Shown: positions 35,083-44,094 of the stretch, one piece after another | How the letters are laid out: each line of letters begins with the position of its first letter | How positions within the stretch are numbered: the first letter of the stretch is position 1 | Source: a phage | DNA length: 64,000 nt | Sequence record: PZ445443.1 | Direction: 5' to 3' (one strand) | The notes under the pieces: generated by a model | Databases searched by the model: none | Seen by the model: the letters and a program-made list of their open reading frames with translations, nothing else | What the model was told of the DNA's origin: nothing | Made by a program: the position numbers and the translations under genes

Positions 35083-35099
35083 AGTGGCACCTCACTGTT

Positions 35100-35498
35100 T
35101 CAGTTTAGCTTTTCTTCAACAACCCCATAGCTCGGGGCAGAGTCAAGAGCTTTTTGGTTTAAAAGTGGTGTAGCAGAATCTGCAAACGGTGTCCAAGTTT
35201 TTGTTCTGGCATTCCAGTAATGCTTCACTCTGGAATCTGGATGCACTATAACAAAAACTTTTTCACTTGTCAACACATTAATTTCTTCTACACCCTTGCT
35301 GATAATTTCTCCGTCATAGCCCCCAGTCTGGTATCCTTCGTACCAGGTTCTTGCATAGGCATAGCCAGCCTGCCAGCATGCAGCCTCCTCCGAGGTGGAG
35401 ACTACGTAGAAGTCTTTCTCAAATTCTGGAATACGCCCTTGCTTTACGCTCCAAGCTCCGCGAATTTTCATTGTAACTTTAAACAGTTTATTTTTCAC
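35100..35498 (-). CDS. hypothetical protein (paralog family C)
   Basis: VIVHPDSRVKHYWNARTKTWTP matches the 32901 paralog. Confidence 0.5.
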   Translation of the reverse strand: MKNKLFKVTMKIRGAWSVKQGRIPEFEKDFYVVSTSEEAACWQAGYAYARTWYEGYQTGGYDGEIISKGVEEINVLTSEKVFVIVHPDSRVKHYWNARTKTWTPFADSATPLLNQKALDSAPSYGVVEEKLN

Positions 35499-35510
35499 AA
35501 CGGTTACCCA

Positions 35511-35765
35511 TCACAGCTCTACAATATCTGCATCTGACCCTACCCCAAAGGCATAATAGGACTCTTCCCCGAAATAATATTCAGGTGCACCAGCGGTGAT
35601 CAGGTCTGATCCCAAGATAAACACCACGTTGTGGCCTACATAACTGTGATGTTGCCGCACAGGATCATCCCACGGCAACCCTTCAAAGTATACCGCAGGA
35701 ACTACCTTTCCCTTCAGGAAGGATTGTCCCAAGTAGACGTTAGAATCAAGAATTTTAACCTTCAT
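35511..35765 (-). CDS. hypothetical small protein (paralog family A)
   Basis: MKVKILD, GKVV, DLITAGAPEYYFG motifs. Confidence 0.5.
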   Translation of the reverse strand: MKVKILDSNVYLGQSFLKGKVVPAVYFEGLPWDDPVRQHHSYVGHNVVFILGSDLITAGAPEYYFGEESYYAFGVGSDADIVEL

Positions 35766-35982
35766 GATCGTCCTCCACTACCTCTACATCCTCGCCTAGG
35801 GCAAAGTTGTAGGTCCACTGACTGTCAAAGCAGTCCTGAGGTGCACCAGCGGCAATAAGATCTGCTCCTTTTATTTTTAAAAGGTCAGGGTAATCTTCGT
35901 TAGGGACAGCAGTAAACACTTTTCCTACTAAAGGCTCCTGACCAATATAGAAGCTTGAATCTAAAACTTTAACTTTCATCAA
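35755..35982 (-). CDS. hypothetical small protein (paralog family A)
   Basis: MMKVKVLD, GKVF, DLIAAGAP, EVVED motifs. Confidence 0.5.
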   Translation of the reverse strand: MMKVKVLDSSFYIGQEPLVGKVFTAVPNEDYPDLLKIKGADLIAAGAPQDCFDSQWTYNFALGEDVEVVEDDHEG

Positions 35983-36266
35983 CGGTCTCCATCAGGTGGT
36001 TGTGGGACGTAAACACTGTTACGAATATCGTCCGCAGTATAGTAATAAGTGTCTCCAACCCTATCTCTGGCTGCAATGTACTCTGCTATACCAATAAGTG
36101 CCATTGATTTGGTGGCGTATCTTCCCAGCTCGTTAGCTCCCCAGTAGAATTTAGACCAATAGGGAATAAGACCGAACAAATATACCTTTTGACGAACTTC
36201 CCAGTAAGTGCCTTTCCCGACAAGTTTAAACTCAACTTCACCACTGTTAATCTTTTTCATTATCAA
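35979..36266 (-). CDS. hypothetical protein
   Basis: Co-oriented ORF, ATGA overlaps. Confidence 0.5.
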   Translation of the reverse strand: MIMKKINSGEVEFKLVGKGTYWEVRQKVYLFGLIPYWSKFYWGANELGRYATKSMALIGIAEYIAARDRVGDTYYYTADDIRNSVYVPQPPDGDR

Positions 36267-36559
36267 TCTCCCTCCACCGTGGTTGGATTGTCAGTAAGAA
36301 ATTGAGCATTAGCTGGAGGCACGCCTGACATTTTCCACACAACCATAAGTTTGTAACCAGGCACTCTATTAAGTGCAGATCGAGTAGAGTTTGTGCACGT
36401 ATATTTTCGCTTTCCAAACCCGTTCTCCATCATAATCCAGTACCCAGTATCTTTGTCACCAGGTATTGGTAGACCACCTTCATCAACCCACTGAATGGAC
36501 CACGGCACGATGGCTACAGCTTTATATTTAAACTTTTTAAACCACTCAAAAAGTTTCAT
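36263..36559 (-). CDS. hypothetical protein
   Basis: Co-oriented ORF. Confidence 0.5.
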   Translation of the reverse strand: MKLFEWFKKFKYKAVAIVPWSIQWVDEGGLPIPGDKDTGYWIMMENGFGKRKYTCTNSTRSALNRVPGYKLMVVWKMSGVPPANAQFLTDNPTTVEGD

Positions 36560-36562
36560 AAT

Positions 36563-36652
36563 TCAGCCTCGCATAGACATAATCACTATAAACAGGCAAA
36601 CAATGAATCCGAATGCCACGCCACCCATAAACGTTAATATTGATGCAATCAT
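36563..36652 (-). CDS. small hydrophobic peptide (29 aa)
   Basis: ATG 2 nt after upstream stop; MIASILTFMGGVAFGFIVCLFIVIMSMRG. Confidence 0.3.
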   Translation of the reverse strand: MIASILTFMGGVAFGFIVCLFIVIMSMRG

Positions 36653-36654
36653 AG

Positions 36655-36840
36655 TCAATCAGCCTCGCTTGGCAATTCTTCCACCTTAACATGCCGAAAA
36701 GTGTTACCGTAATGGTTGATCCATGACATCAGCTCACTTTCTTGCTCTTCCTCTGGGATGAACTCTCGAATACTGACAAGTTTTAAGAAAACCCAATCAC
36801 AATCTGCACCCATTCTACCAGACAGACAATAGTGCTTCAT
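36655..36840 (-). CDS. hypothetical protein
   Basis: Co-oriented ORF. Confidence 0.45.
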   Translation of the reverse strand: MKHYCLSGRMGADCDWVFLKLVSIREFIPEEEQESELMSWINHYGNTFRHVKVEELPSEAD

Positions 36841-36859
36841 AAAAACCCTCCACCCTGGT

Positions 36860-37060
36860 TTAGAATACTGCCTCTTTTAATGATCCAAGGAGCAGCAGGT
36901 GTGAAATCTGATCCACATTCATGGTAGATTCAATCTCCTCTCTTTTGAAAGGTTCTCGGCAAAACAGTACTACATTCGGGTTTTCGCTACGCACTATATA
37001 ATACAGATCGTTCAAATCATTCTCATAGTAGGTATTAAATTTAAGAATTTTGTCACTCAT
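36860..37060 (-). CDS. hypothetical protein
   Basis: Co-oriented ORF. Confidence 0.45.
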   Translation of the reverse strand: MSDKILKFNTYYENDLNDLYYIVRSENPNVVLFCREPFKREEIESTMNVDQISHLLLLGSLKEAVF

Positions 37061-37344
37061 TTTCTAATCCTCTTCTTAGATTTTTGGGGAGAAACGCTTT
37101 CTGCAATACGAGACAAACGTTCTTCTGAAGCCTTGCCTATTCCAGGTTTTTTGAGTGGATTATCTTTATGACCACAATCCAATTGGATATTGGATACCTC
37201 TCCAACCTTGTAAGTCAATTCTAGCAAAAGGTTGTCGTCCTTGTCAAATGTTCTTACGATAAATTTTTTATCGTTCTCCTGAACTTCGTATCTGGTACCT
37301 GCAGTATACAGCATGGTGCCATCAGCATAGGATATCCAGATCAT
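37057..37344 (-). CDS. hypothetical protein
   Basis: Co-oriented ORF, ATGA overlap. Confidence 0.5.
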   Translation of the reverse strand: MIWISYADGTMLYTAGTRYEVQENDKKFIVRTFDKDDNLLLELTYKVGEVSNIQLDCGHKDNPLKKPGIGKASEERLSRIAESVSPQKSKKRIRK

Positions 37345-37688
37345 TGAACCTCCTTCTGCTGCAACAGCATTAACTCTTTGTTAGAGATCTTTACTGCTGT
37401 TTTTATTGTTCCATCTTTACGGAACCACGACCAGAACTCTACAGTGTCCCCACTATCAAGCAAAGCATACCCGTGGTAGAAGTCTTTGTCCTTGGACAGT
37501 TTCTCATCTATGTCTGCATCGACACATTCGTGATCCATAGCATTTTGCCTGAATGCATCGGTTATGCCAATGCACGCCTTGCTCTCAAAACTGGCATATC
37601 CGATATCTTTTAATTCAGTTTCCCAAACCCAGAACCCTATAAAAGCCACAACAGCTACCCACATTAATATCGATTTAATCTTTGACAT
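37341..37688 (-). CDS. putative membrane-anchored protein
   Basis: N-terminal hydrophobic ILMWVAVVAFIGFWVW. Confidence 0.5.
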   Translation of the reverse strand: MSKIKSILMWVAVVAFIGFWVWETELKDIGYASFESKACIGITDAFRQNAMDHECVDADIDEKLSKDKDFYHGYALLDSGDTVEFWSWFRKDGTIKTAVKISNKELMLLQQKEVQ

Positions 37689-37748
37689 TCTCTCTACCTC
37701 TTTCTTAGTTTATTTAGTTATGGCACATCCTTTGTGCCTTATTGCACG

Positions 37749-38210
37749 CTACTTAAACAACAGTTCAAGATAGTGCAAAATTAACAGAAGTTGAATTACG
37801 CCTAGCACCACGGCAAGTATGTTAATCTTAGAATCAAAAAACTTCTTAACTTTTACCCTAAAAGGCTCCTTGATGTCCTTTACGATCCTATTTATAGATG
37901 ATTTCATATCCCTGATTACCATCCTAAACATTAGAGACGGATCTTCCTTCTCTGTAATAGAATCGAAAACATACTCTCTTCGGTCATAAGGACCTCCAGA
38001 TCTGCGTATTAACCTCTCCACAGAGACCTCGTACGACACACCTGTAACGTAATCATCTATGACAAGTAGTGACGGGTCTTTATCATCTAAGGGTATCAAA
38101 GTTATCTTTCCAGATTTTGTTAAAATTTCTCCTTTTTCAAGCAAGGTGTACCAATGCTCTCTACCAAGATTGTTGAGGCACGTTTTTACATATTTAACAA
38201 ACATCGTCAC
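37749..38210 (-). CDS. hypothetical protein with C-terminal transmembrane helix
   Basis: C-terminal ILAVVLGVIQLLLILHYL. Confidence 0.5.
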   Translation of the reverse strand: MTMFVKYVKTCLNNLGREHWYTLLEKGEILTKSGKITLIPLDDKDPSLLVIDDYVTGVSYEVSVERLIRRSGGPYDRREYVFDSITEKEDPSLMFRMVIRDMKSSINRIVKDIKEPFRVKVKKFFDSKINILAVVLGVIQLLLILHYLELLFK

Positions 38211-38392
38211 CCCTCATCGCACGTCTGATATAACCATTCTATGAAATCTTGATACCATTCGCCCTCTGAGCGCTCCGTAGGCCAATAATCTTCACCCTCT
38301 CGTGCATTAAAATCTGAGTATTCAACTTTCCACTCCTTTACCAGTTCGTGTAGAAGGTTTTCAGCCTGTTCTAAGGATTTATTTTTTGTCAT
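38207..38392 (-). CDS. hypothetical protein
   Basis: ATG 38392 after AAAAAGGGGA (track start TTG 38410). Confidence 0.45.
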   Translation of the reverse strand: MTKNKSLEQAENLLHELVKEWKVEYSDFNAREGEDYWPTERSEGEWYQDFIEWLYQTCDEG

Positions 38393-38498
38393 TACTGTCC
38401 CCTTTTTCAAGATAATTATACATTAGCGCCGCACCACCCAAAATGGCTACCAGCAGTAATACTCCTGAGAGCATTTCAATAAACATGGCTTGAAACAT
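38379..38498 (-). CDS. small hydrophobic peptide (39 aa)
   Basis: ATG after AGAGGGGA; start overlaps stop of 38498-38629 ORF (TAATG). Confidence 0.3.
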   Translation of the reverse strand: MFQAMFIEMLSGVLLLVAILGGAALMYNYLEKGDSNDKK

Positions 38499-38629
38499 TA
38501 GAAGGTCCCCTCTAATTTCACGCACCATTTTAAATACACACTCTTTTCCCATGAAGATACTGAACTAAGGTCTGTATAGAATGCAATCTCCCTAAGAACA
38601 GTATAAACAGTTTCAGTCACTGTTACCAT
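38498..38629 (-). CDS. hypothetical small protein (43 aa)
   Basis: ATG after AGGAGG RBS lying within the 3' end of 38613-38849. Confidence 0.3.
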   Translation of the reverse strand: MVTVTETVYTVLREIAFYTDLSSVSSWEKSVYLKWCVKLEGTF

Positions 38630-38849
38630 TCTTATCTGCCTCCTTCATTTTTCTGACGGTTTTACAGTGATCTACCAAGCACATAACAACAATGAAGAGA
38701 ACGACAGGCCAAAAAGGTGCGGCAGTGATTATAATTATAAAGTCGTCAAACTTCACCCTTCGTGTGAACACGATGCATACACCTGTCAAGAATACAGCCG
38801 TTATAACGGCTATTACCAGGTAACCTATTAGCACAACATTTATACTCAT
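38613..38849 (-). CDS. putative membrane protein
   Basis: Two hydrophobic segments (VLIGYLVIAVITAVFLTGVCIVF; PFWPVVLFIVVMCLV). Confidence 0.5.
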   Translation of the reverse strand: MSINVVLIGYLVIAVITAVFLTGVCIVFTRRVKFDDFIIIITAAPFWPVVLFIVVMCLVDHCKTVRKMKEADKNGNSD

Positions 38850-38879
38850 TAGTCCTCCCTTTGTAGGTTAAATTATATA

Positions 38880-39413
38880 CTACAGATGGTTGCTGATGGT
38901 GTCAAGAAAATTATCTCGTTCTTTCTCGGAGTTTTCACGGGTGTAGCTGAAAAACATATCTAGAATAACCTTATTGATATATTCCAGCTCCTCTGTGTTC
39001 AGGTACTTAGCAGGATCTACAATGACATCCCAAATATCATACAGACCACACTCATGATATCCATAACGCCACTCAATTGTCAAGCTGAGCGGCAAATCTT
39101 TACCGTCACAAACAACCTTCCATCTACATATGTTGGTATCTGGGCGTATCTGTGCACGGTATACCTGTACAAAATCCAATTTGAATTTGAGGTATTCGTC
39201 ATGCAATTTAAGCACAAAGCTCTCGATTTGTGGAGACACTTTTGCAGCAAACTGTGCGTATTTGTATTTGCACTGGATGATCTTTCTGCGTTTTGCAGTT
39301 AAATTTTTTGCCGCCAGTTGTTCTTCAGTGTATCTCCACCTACGATCAATAAACGCAACAGGGTCTTTGTCCCCATAGAGGTCTTCCCAGTTAATCAGAA
39401 GCATACCTGTCAC
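38880..39413 (-). CDS. hypothetical protein
   Basis: Co-oriented ORF, 177 aa. Confidence 0.5.
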   Translation of the reverse strand: MTGMLLINWEDLYGDKDPVAFIDRRWRYTEEQLAAKNLTAKRRKIIQCKYKYAQFAAKVSPQIESFVLKLHDEYLKFKLDFVQVYRAQIRPDTNICRWKVVCDGKDLPLSLTIEWRYGYHECGLYDIWDVIVDPAKYLNTEELEYINKVILDMFFSYTRENSEKERDNFLDTISNHL

Positions 39414-39643
39414 TCCTCCACAACTTCAAGGCCTTTGCCGCCTCGCTCTGGCAGATTACTTAAAGACAGGTAATACGTATAGTCAGGAGAGATCCTGCCA
39501 GACTCTGCACCTGCAGCTAGTAAATCTTTTCCCTTAACCATGACAGCATTATCGTTTGCAGATAGTCGTTTTGCTTCCACAATTTTACCAACGCAGTCAA
39601 CCAAGGAAGGGTACCCTAAATCTGTAAGAAATTTAACTTTCAT
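39410..39643 (-). CDS. hypothetical small protein (paralog family A)
   Basis: MKVKFL, GKIV, DLLAAGAE, EVVEE motifs. Confidence 0.5.
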   Translation of the reverse strand: MKVKFLTDLGYPSLVDCVGKIVEAKRLSANDNAVMVKGKDLLAAGAESGRISPDYTYYLSLSNLPERGGKGLEVVEE

Positions 39644-39682
39644 GCTACCTCCTACTTCTACCGTCCCTGGTAAGATAAATTA

Positions 39683-40081
39683 TTACTGAACAGAGCGCGG
39701 AGCTGGGAAGGATAACTCTTCTAAAGAGAAGATTTCATTTCCCACAATCCATGTTGCAGGATCATCTGGGTTGACTGGATAGATAATCATCACCTCGTCA
39801 GTGTTACATACCCGCTTTTTACCTGTGGAGTCATCAGCAACCAGCATGCGCGGTTCTTCAGAAATGCACAGGTAGCCTCCTCGGCCCACTGTTCCTTCCA
39901 CAGGGTCTTGTCCTTTGATCACGATGATTATCTTCTCTCCTGAGGCGATATTACCTTGCACACTCACCGTTTGACCAACCTTGGATGTGCCAATCTTAGT
40001 GACTTCGAACATTACATCCCGAATTACTGTTGCATAATCGCCAGACACTTTCTTACCTTCTTTAGTGATCTCAATCTTCAT
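39683..40081 (-). CDS. hypothetical protein
   Basis: MKIEIT start; co-oriented. Confidence 0.5.
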   Translation of the reverse strand: MKIEITKEGKKVSGDYATVIRDVMFEVTKIGTSKVGQTVSVQGNIASGEKIIIVIKGQDPVEGTVGRGGYLCISEEPRMLVADDSTGKKRVCNTDEVMIIYPVNPDDPATWIVGNEIFSLEELSFPAPRSVQ

Positions 40082-40344
40082 ACACTAGGCTCCTTAAATG
40101 AATCTATGTAATCAATTAAATCCCAAGCATCCCTATGACCTGTCAGAGGGTATACTTCTCCAAGAGGGATCATAGCAATAAGCCTATCAAAAACCCAATC
40201 TGGACGCAACATTTTATGATGATATTCCCACTCACCTTCTACAGATTTTTTCTGAGTGATCAGAATCTCTGTGTAGTGTTTTGCCTGTCTTGAGTAAATT
40301 GAAAATGACTTATACATAGATGACCCCCCTCTTGTTGAAAACAA
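40078..40344 (-). CDS. hypothetical protein
   Basis: Co-oriented ORF. Confidence 0.45.
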   Translation of the reverse strand: MFSTRGGSSMYKSFSIYSRQAKHYTEILITQKKSVEGEWEYHHKMLRPDWVFDRLIAMIPLGEVYPLTGHRDAWDLIDYIDSFKEPSV

Positions 40345-40353
40345 AATACACTA

Positions 40354-40638
40354 CTACCAAGTCACTGTCAAGTAGGCAACCGTGTTATTTTTCTCCGGAG
40401 AGATGCCAACAACATCCACCTGCAGACCTCCTGCCCTCAAATCCCCAACAATGTGTGGGAAGTAGTCTGAGAGGTGTGATGGGAGATTTATCGAAAATCC
40501 GCATCCCAGAAAGCCTGCTACCGCTTTATTTTGTATCTCCCCTACAATCGCATCATAAATAGAGTTAAGCTCGTCAGGAAGCGTTACAGGGCGTTTTAGC
40601 GCTAACTGGTGCAACTTGTCCTTAGCACTCATTTTCAT
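40354..40638 (-). CDS. hypothetical protein
   Basis: ATG 40638 overlaps the methyltransferase stop (ATGA). Confidence 0.45.
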   Translation of the reverse strand: MKMSAKDKLHQLALKRPVTLPDELNSIYDAIVGEIQNKAVAGFLGCGFSINLPSHLSDYFPHIVGDLRAGGLQVDVVGISPEKNNTVAYLTVTW

Positions 40639-41168
40639 TTCAAGTCTGCCTCTGGAGGTGCCAACCACATAAATGGCGGCAGGTCTAAACGGTTCTTCTT
40701 GTCCCACACAAAATATGCATATGCTTGCCCGTCAGTTCTGCCATTCGATTGGAATGATGGACGCTTAGATATTGTGATCACAGTGGTAGGTGCATTATCA
40801 AGCCACCATTCAAATCTGGCTTTGCTTTCCAGAAAATTAAGACGCAAAAGCATAATAACTACGTCAGCATCTTTCAACGCCTTGTCTACAAACTCACGAG
40901 CCAAGCTGTACGGTGGGTTGGTGATAATACAGTCAACATGGTTGTATTCTGTATTCAGATAGTCAACACCTTCTTGGATTTCTCCCCATGCAGATCCTAA
41001 CGGCATACGGGAGTAGAACACGCCTGAGGCGCTATTTCTGCAAGGCTCCAAATAGGTCCAATCTTCTGGGAACGGAATGAGGTCATACAGCCCTTCTGCA
41101 CACCACTCCGGTGTCACATACTCATCGTAGGCGTTACGTTGTTCATCAGGTTTTCTAGCACAAGTCAT
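40635..41168 (-). CDS. DNA N6-adenine methyltransferase (small phage Dam-like)
   Basis: Catalytic NPPY motif (DCIITNPPYSLAREFV); 177 aa; GGAGA RBS. Confidence 0.6.
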   Translation of the reverse strand: MTCARKPDEQRNAYDEYVTPEWCAEGLYDLIPFPEDWTYLEPCRNSASGVFYSRMPLGSAWGEIQEGVDYLNTEYNHVDCIITNPPYSLAREFVDKALKDADVVIMLLRLNFLESKARFEWWLDNAPTTVITISKRPSFQSNGRTDGQAYAYFVWDKKNRLDLPPFMWLAPPEADLK

Positions 41169-41182
41169 GCAAATCTCCAGAT

Positions 41183-41208
41183 CATAAAAGCCCTCCGAAG
41201 AGGGCTTT
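41183..41208 (-). terminator. rho-independent terminator (reverse strand)
   Basis: Reverse strand AGCCCTC-TTCG-GAGGGCT followed by TTTTAT, after the ClpP-like gene. Confidence 0.6.
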
Positions 41209-41219
41209 AGAATTAATGT

Positions 41220-42269
41220 TTAAGCTTCTTCGACAATTCCTGCGCCCAGGATTTTTTCATTAAGCTCTTTTGCTGTTTTAATAATATTGTCCACCAGACG
41301 CTTGCGAGTCTTATCTTTCACCTGAACTTCTTCACCTCCGTTCAGGGTAGTTTTCAATTGGGACAAAATGTCCTGAAGCTCTACCACAGAGAATCGCTGC
41401 AGATCTTCCGAGGTAATCTCACCTAGTGCAATCTTAACGGTCTCACCACTCTCCATCTGCAGATTCAGGAACACAGTGTGAACATCACCTTTCATACCAT
41501 TTTCTTTTGCAGACTCAACAGCATGAACCAGCTCGTCCAAAGATGTGCATTGGTGAATCTCTGGAAGGCCTGCTTCACCTAACACACCTTCTTCATCGCT
41601 TTTTTCCAAAAGCTTTTTCGGTTTCTGTCCATTCTGAATGCGCTGAATGTTTTCATCGTCCAAGATGATAGCACCAGTTCTAGATGCCAGCTCTTCTCCA
41701 TCCAACCACACTTCGCCACCAGCTGTGATTGATGCAATCTCATCTTCTGTTAGCACTCCACCATAGTATTTTTCAATCAGGCGTTCAAAACGTTTCTTCC
41801 AGTAGTTGACCTGGGTATTCATGTTCACACCATTGCCATAAGTACCGCCTTGATAGTAGTGGAACATAAATTCTGTGTCCGGAGCCACAGTCCGTTCTTT
41901 GCAACCCAGCCATAAGATTGTTCCTGCTGAGCAGCACATCCCTTCAGCGTGTACGACAACGCTTGCCTGAGACTCTCGGAATGCCTGCAAATACGCCATA
42001 GCAATGTGAACGCAACCACCAGGACTGTTAATGATTACACGAATGCTTTCTTCCGGCTGAGCCATACGGATCGTCTGCAGACGAGACATATGATCTTGTA
42101 AGTCTTCCAAATCGTCGATATAAAGAACGTGGTCAACAACAGGCGTTGGGTAGCTGTATGTTTCCATAATACCACCCGGCATACCAAACATTTTATTACT
42201 CATAGGTTCGAAACCGTTCTGTTTTTCTTTCATGCCGTGTACCATGGTTCTGCGAGGTGTTAAATTCAT
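41220..42269 (-). CDS. ClpP-family serine peptidase with N- and C-terminal extensions
   Basis: INSPGG, Ser-site GMCCSAG and His-site MFHYYQGG match ClpP INSPGG / GQAASMG / MIHQPLGG; about 140 aa C-terminal extension; AAGGA RBS. Confidence 0.65.
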   Translation of the reverse strand: MNLTPRRTMVHGMKEKQNGFEPMSNKMFGMPGGIMETYSYPTPVVDHVLYIDDLEDLQDHMSRLQTIRMAQPEESIRVIINSPGGCVHIAMAYLQAFRESQASVVVHAEGMCCSAGTILWLGCKERTVAPDTEFMFHYYQGGTYGNGVNMNTQVNYWKKRFERLIEKYYGGVLTEDEIASITAGGEVWLDGEELASRTGAIILDDENIQRIQNGQKPKKLLEKSDEEGVLGEAGLPEIHQCTSLDELVHAVESAKENGMKGDVHTVFLNLQMESGETVKIALGEITSEDLQRFSVVELQDILSQLKTTLNGGEEVQVKDKTRKRLVDNIIKTAKELNEKILGAGIVEEA

Positions 42270-42329
42270 GAGAAATCCTTAATATTGGAAGTTGAAAGCT
42301 ATTTATTTAAACCTGATTAACATTTACCT

Positions 42330-42641
42330 TTATTTAGCAATCACTATAGAATACTTACGATTGTCAGAAGCATCCCAGCTCAATGATTGCCAGTCTACCA
42401 CATACCACGTATCATTGTCAACAATTACTTTATCGCCTGTTCTGTAGCAGGTGCTGCTTTCAATAATCCGAGACTCGATAAAGAATCTGTGTCTGCGCTC
42501 ACGTAGCAACGCTAAGTTGATTATATTACCACCACTGTCCTTGATCCACACATTCTTGGATCCTTTATTTGCCAAAATTGTCTCGCCGTTATAGACAAAC
42601 AGGCAGTATATTTTATTCAGTCTCTCTTGTATTGTAGCCAT
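42330..42641 (-). CDS. hypothetical protein
   Basis: Co-oriented ORF. Confidence 0.45.
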   Translation of the reverse strand: MATIQERLNKIYCLFVYNGETILANKGSKNVWIKDSGGNIINLALLRERRHRFFIESRIIESSTCYRTGDKVIVDNDTWYVVDWQSLSWDASDNRKYSIVIAK

Positions 42642-42744
42642 ACTATTTCCTTCTCCTTGTCTTGTCCGATAATAATATCTAAAGCTTACCTGTTTGTCAA
42701 CAACTGTTTTAGATATTTAAGGGTGGAATAACCACCCTTCTGTA

Positions 42745-43533
42745 TTACTCAGAAACAGGGGTCCAAATATGATTTGCACGATCCTCAATAAGATTGAGTG
42801 CAATCTGACGACCCAACCCGGAACGAACGACATCGTCTGGACTATCAAAGCTGATCATTCCAACCTCAGGATCTGGATGACGAGTAAAGAAATCCGTCAC
42901 CCATGCAAGGCCAGATTTACCAGGGATGTCACGTTGGCTATTATCGCCCATAATTACAAGGGTGGCCTGATCAGAGATCCTTGTGATAATTGACAACATT
43001 TCTTCAGGGTTAGTTTGCTGTGCCTCGTCAATCAGGACAAAGCATCGCTCATCGAAACTACGACCACGAATGCTTTCAACTTCACAAATCTCGATACGGC
43101 TGTTCTGACCGTCTCCCAGCATTGCGGCAAAAGCACCTTTGCCAACACGACGACAAATCGTGTCCATCATACTACGAAGGTAAGGCCAAAGCTTCTGCAT
43201 TGACGTTCCCGGTTTGTATCCGCTTGATTTTCCGGTCTGTACATAAGGACGTGCAACAATGATCTTATCAATCTCATTCTTACGCAGAAGATCACCTGCA
43301 TATGCAGATGCCATGAATGTCTTACCGGATCCAAACACACCGTTTACAATAATAATCTTACGTGACCCTAGATAATCAAGATACTTTTGCTGCTTTTTAT
43401 TCATTGGTCGGAGAGCTGGAGCGGTGTGCTCTCGTTCGTCAGCAAATTTCTCAGCAGCCTTACGCAGGCGATCAGATTTGCGAGCCTCTCTAGCTTCATC
43501 ACGCATGCGTTTTGTTTCTTTAGCTCGACCCAT
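42745..43533 (-). CDS. phoH: PhoH-like ATPase
   Basis: Walker A GVFGSGKTF; Walker B CFVLIDEAQ; AAGGAG RBS. Confidence 0.75.
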   Translation of the reverse strand: MGRAKETKRMRDEAREARKSDRLRKAAEKFADEREHTAPALRPMNKKQQKYLDYLGSRKIIIVNGVFGSGKTFMASAYAGDLLRKNEIDKIIVARPYVQTGKSSGYKPGTSMQKLWPYLRSMMDTICRRVGKGAFAAMLGDGQNSRIEICEVESIRGRSFDERCFVLIDEAQQTNPEEMLSIITRISDQATLVIMGDNSQRDIPGKSGLAWVTDFFTRHPDPEVGMISFDSPDDVVRSGLGRQIALNLIEDRANHIWTPVSE

Positions 43534-43571
43534 GTTGGGACTCCTTTCAGATTGAGATGTGCCAAGTACTT

Positions 43572-43922
43572 TTACTGCAACAGTTTTTCAATAGCCGCTT
43601 CCATGCTGCTTGCAACAGCCTGAACTCGGATATTCATCTCTTCTTGGTGGATCAGCTCCTTAAGCTCTTTAATGGTAAATTCTTTAGAGAAACCTTCCAC
43701 CATAATCTTGTGCAAGGCTTCTTGCGTATCTACTTGCAAGAACTTTTCCAGTTTGTTGGCAGAGGCTTCTAAATCAGCCCGAATACGAGGGTCATCTGTG
43801 CGATTCAGCATTAGACGTAAGCCATCAAGATTAGTAGAAATAGCGTCTGCATGTTGAGTAACTAACCGTGGCAAAATGAGATCTACAAACTTATTAGCCA
43901 AATCGATACGTTCTTGTGTCAC
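43572..43922 (-). CDS. hypothetical protein
   Basis: GTG start overlapping upstream stop. Confidence 0.45.
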   Translation of the reverse strand: MTQERIDLANKFVDLILPRLVTQHADAISTNLDGLRLMLNRTDDPRIRADLEASANKLEKFLQVDTQEALHKIMVEGFSKEFTIKELKELIHQEEMNIRVQAVASSMEAAIEKLLQ

Positions 43923-44032
43923 TGTTGCACCCCCTCTTCATCCTCATGATATTTCTTTTCACGCTTGTGTTTTTTCTTAAGCTCAAGCGCAATCTCTTTT
44001 TTGTACGCCTTCTTCAAGGCTTTTTTAGCCAT
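43919..44032 (-). CDS. small basic protein (37 aa)
   Basis: ATG after GAGGAGG; MAKKALKKAYKKEIALELKKKHKREKKYHEDEEGVQQ. Confidence 0.35.
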   Translation of the reverse strand: MAKKALKKAYKKEIALELKKKHKREKKYHEDEEGVQQ

Positions 44033-44094
44033 TTGGCACCTCCTCTGCTCTTATTACGCTAATTATAACCAACTTAACAAAGCTTTGTCAACGA

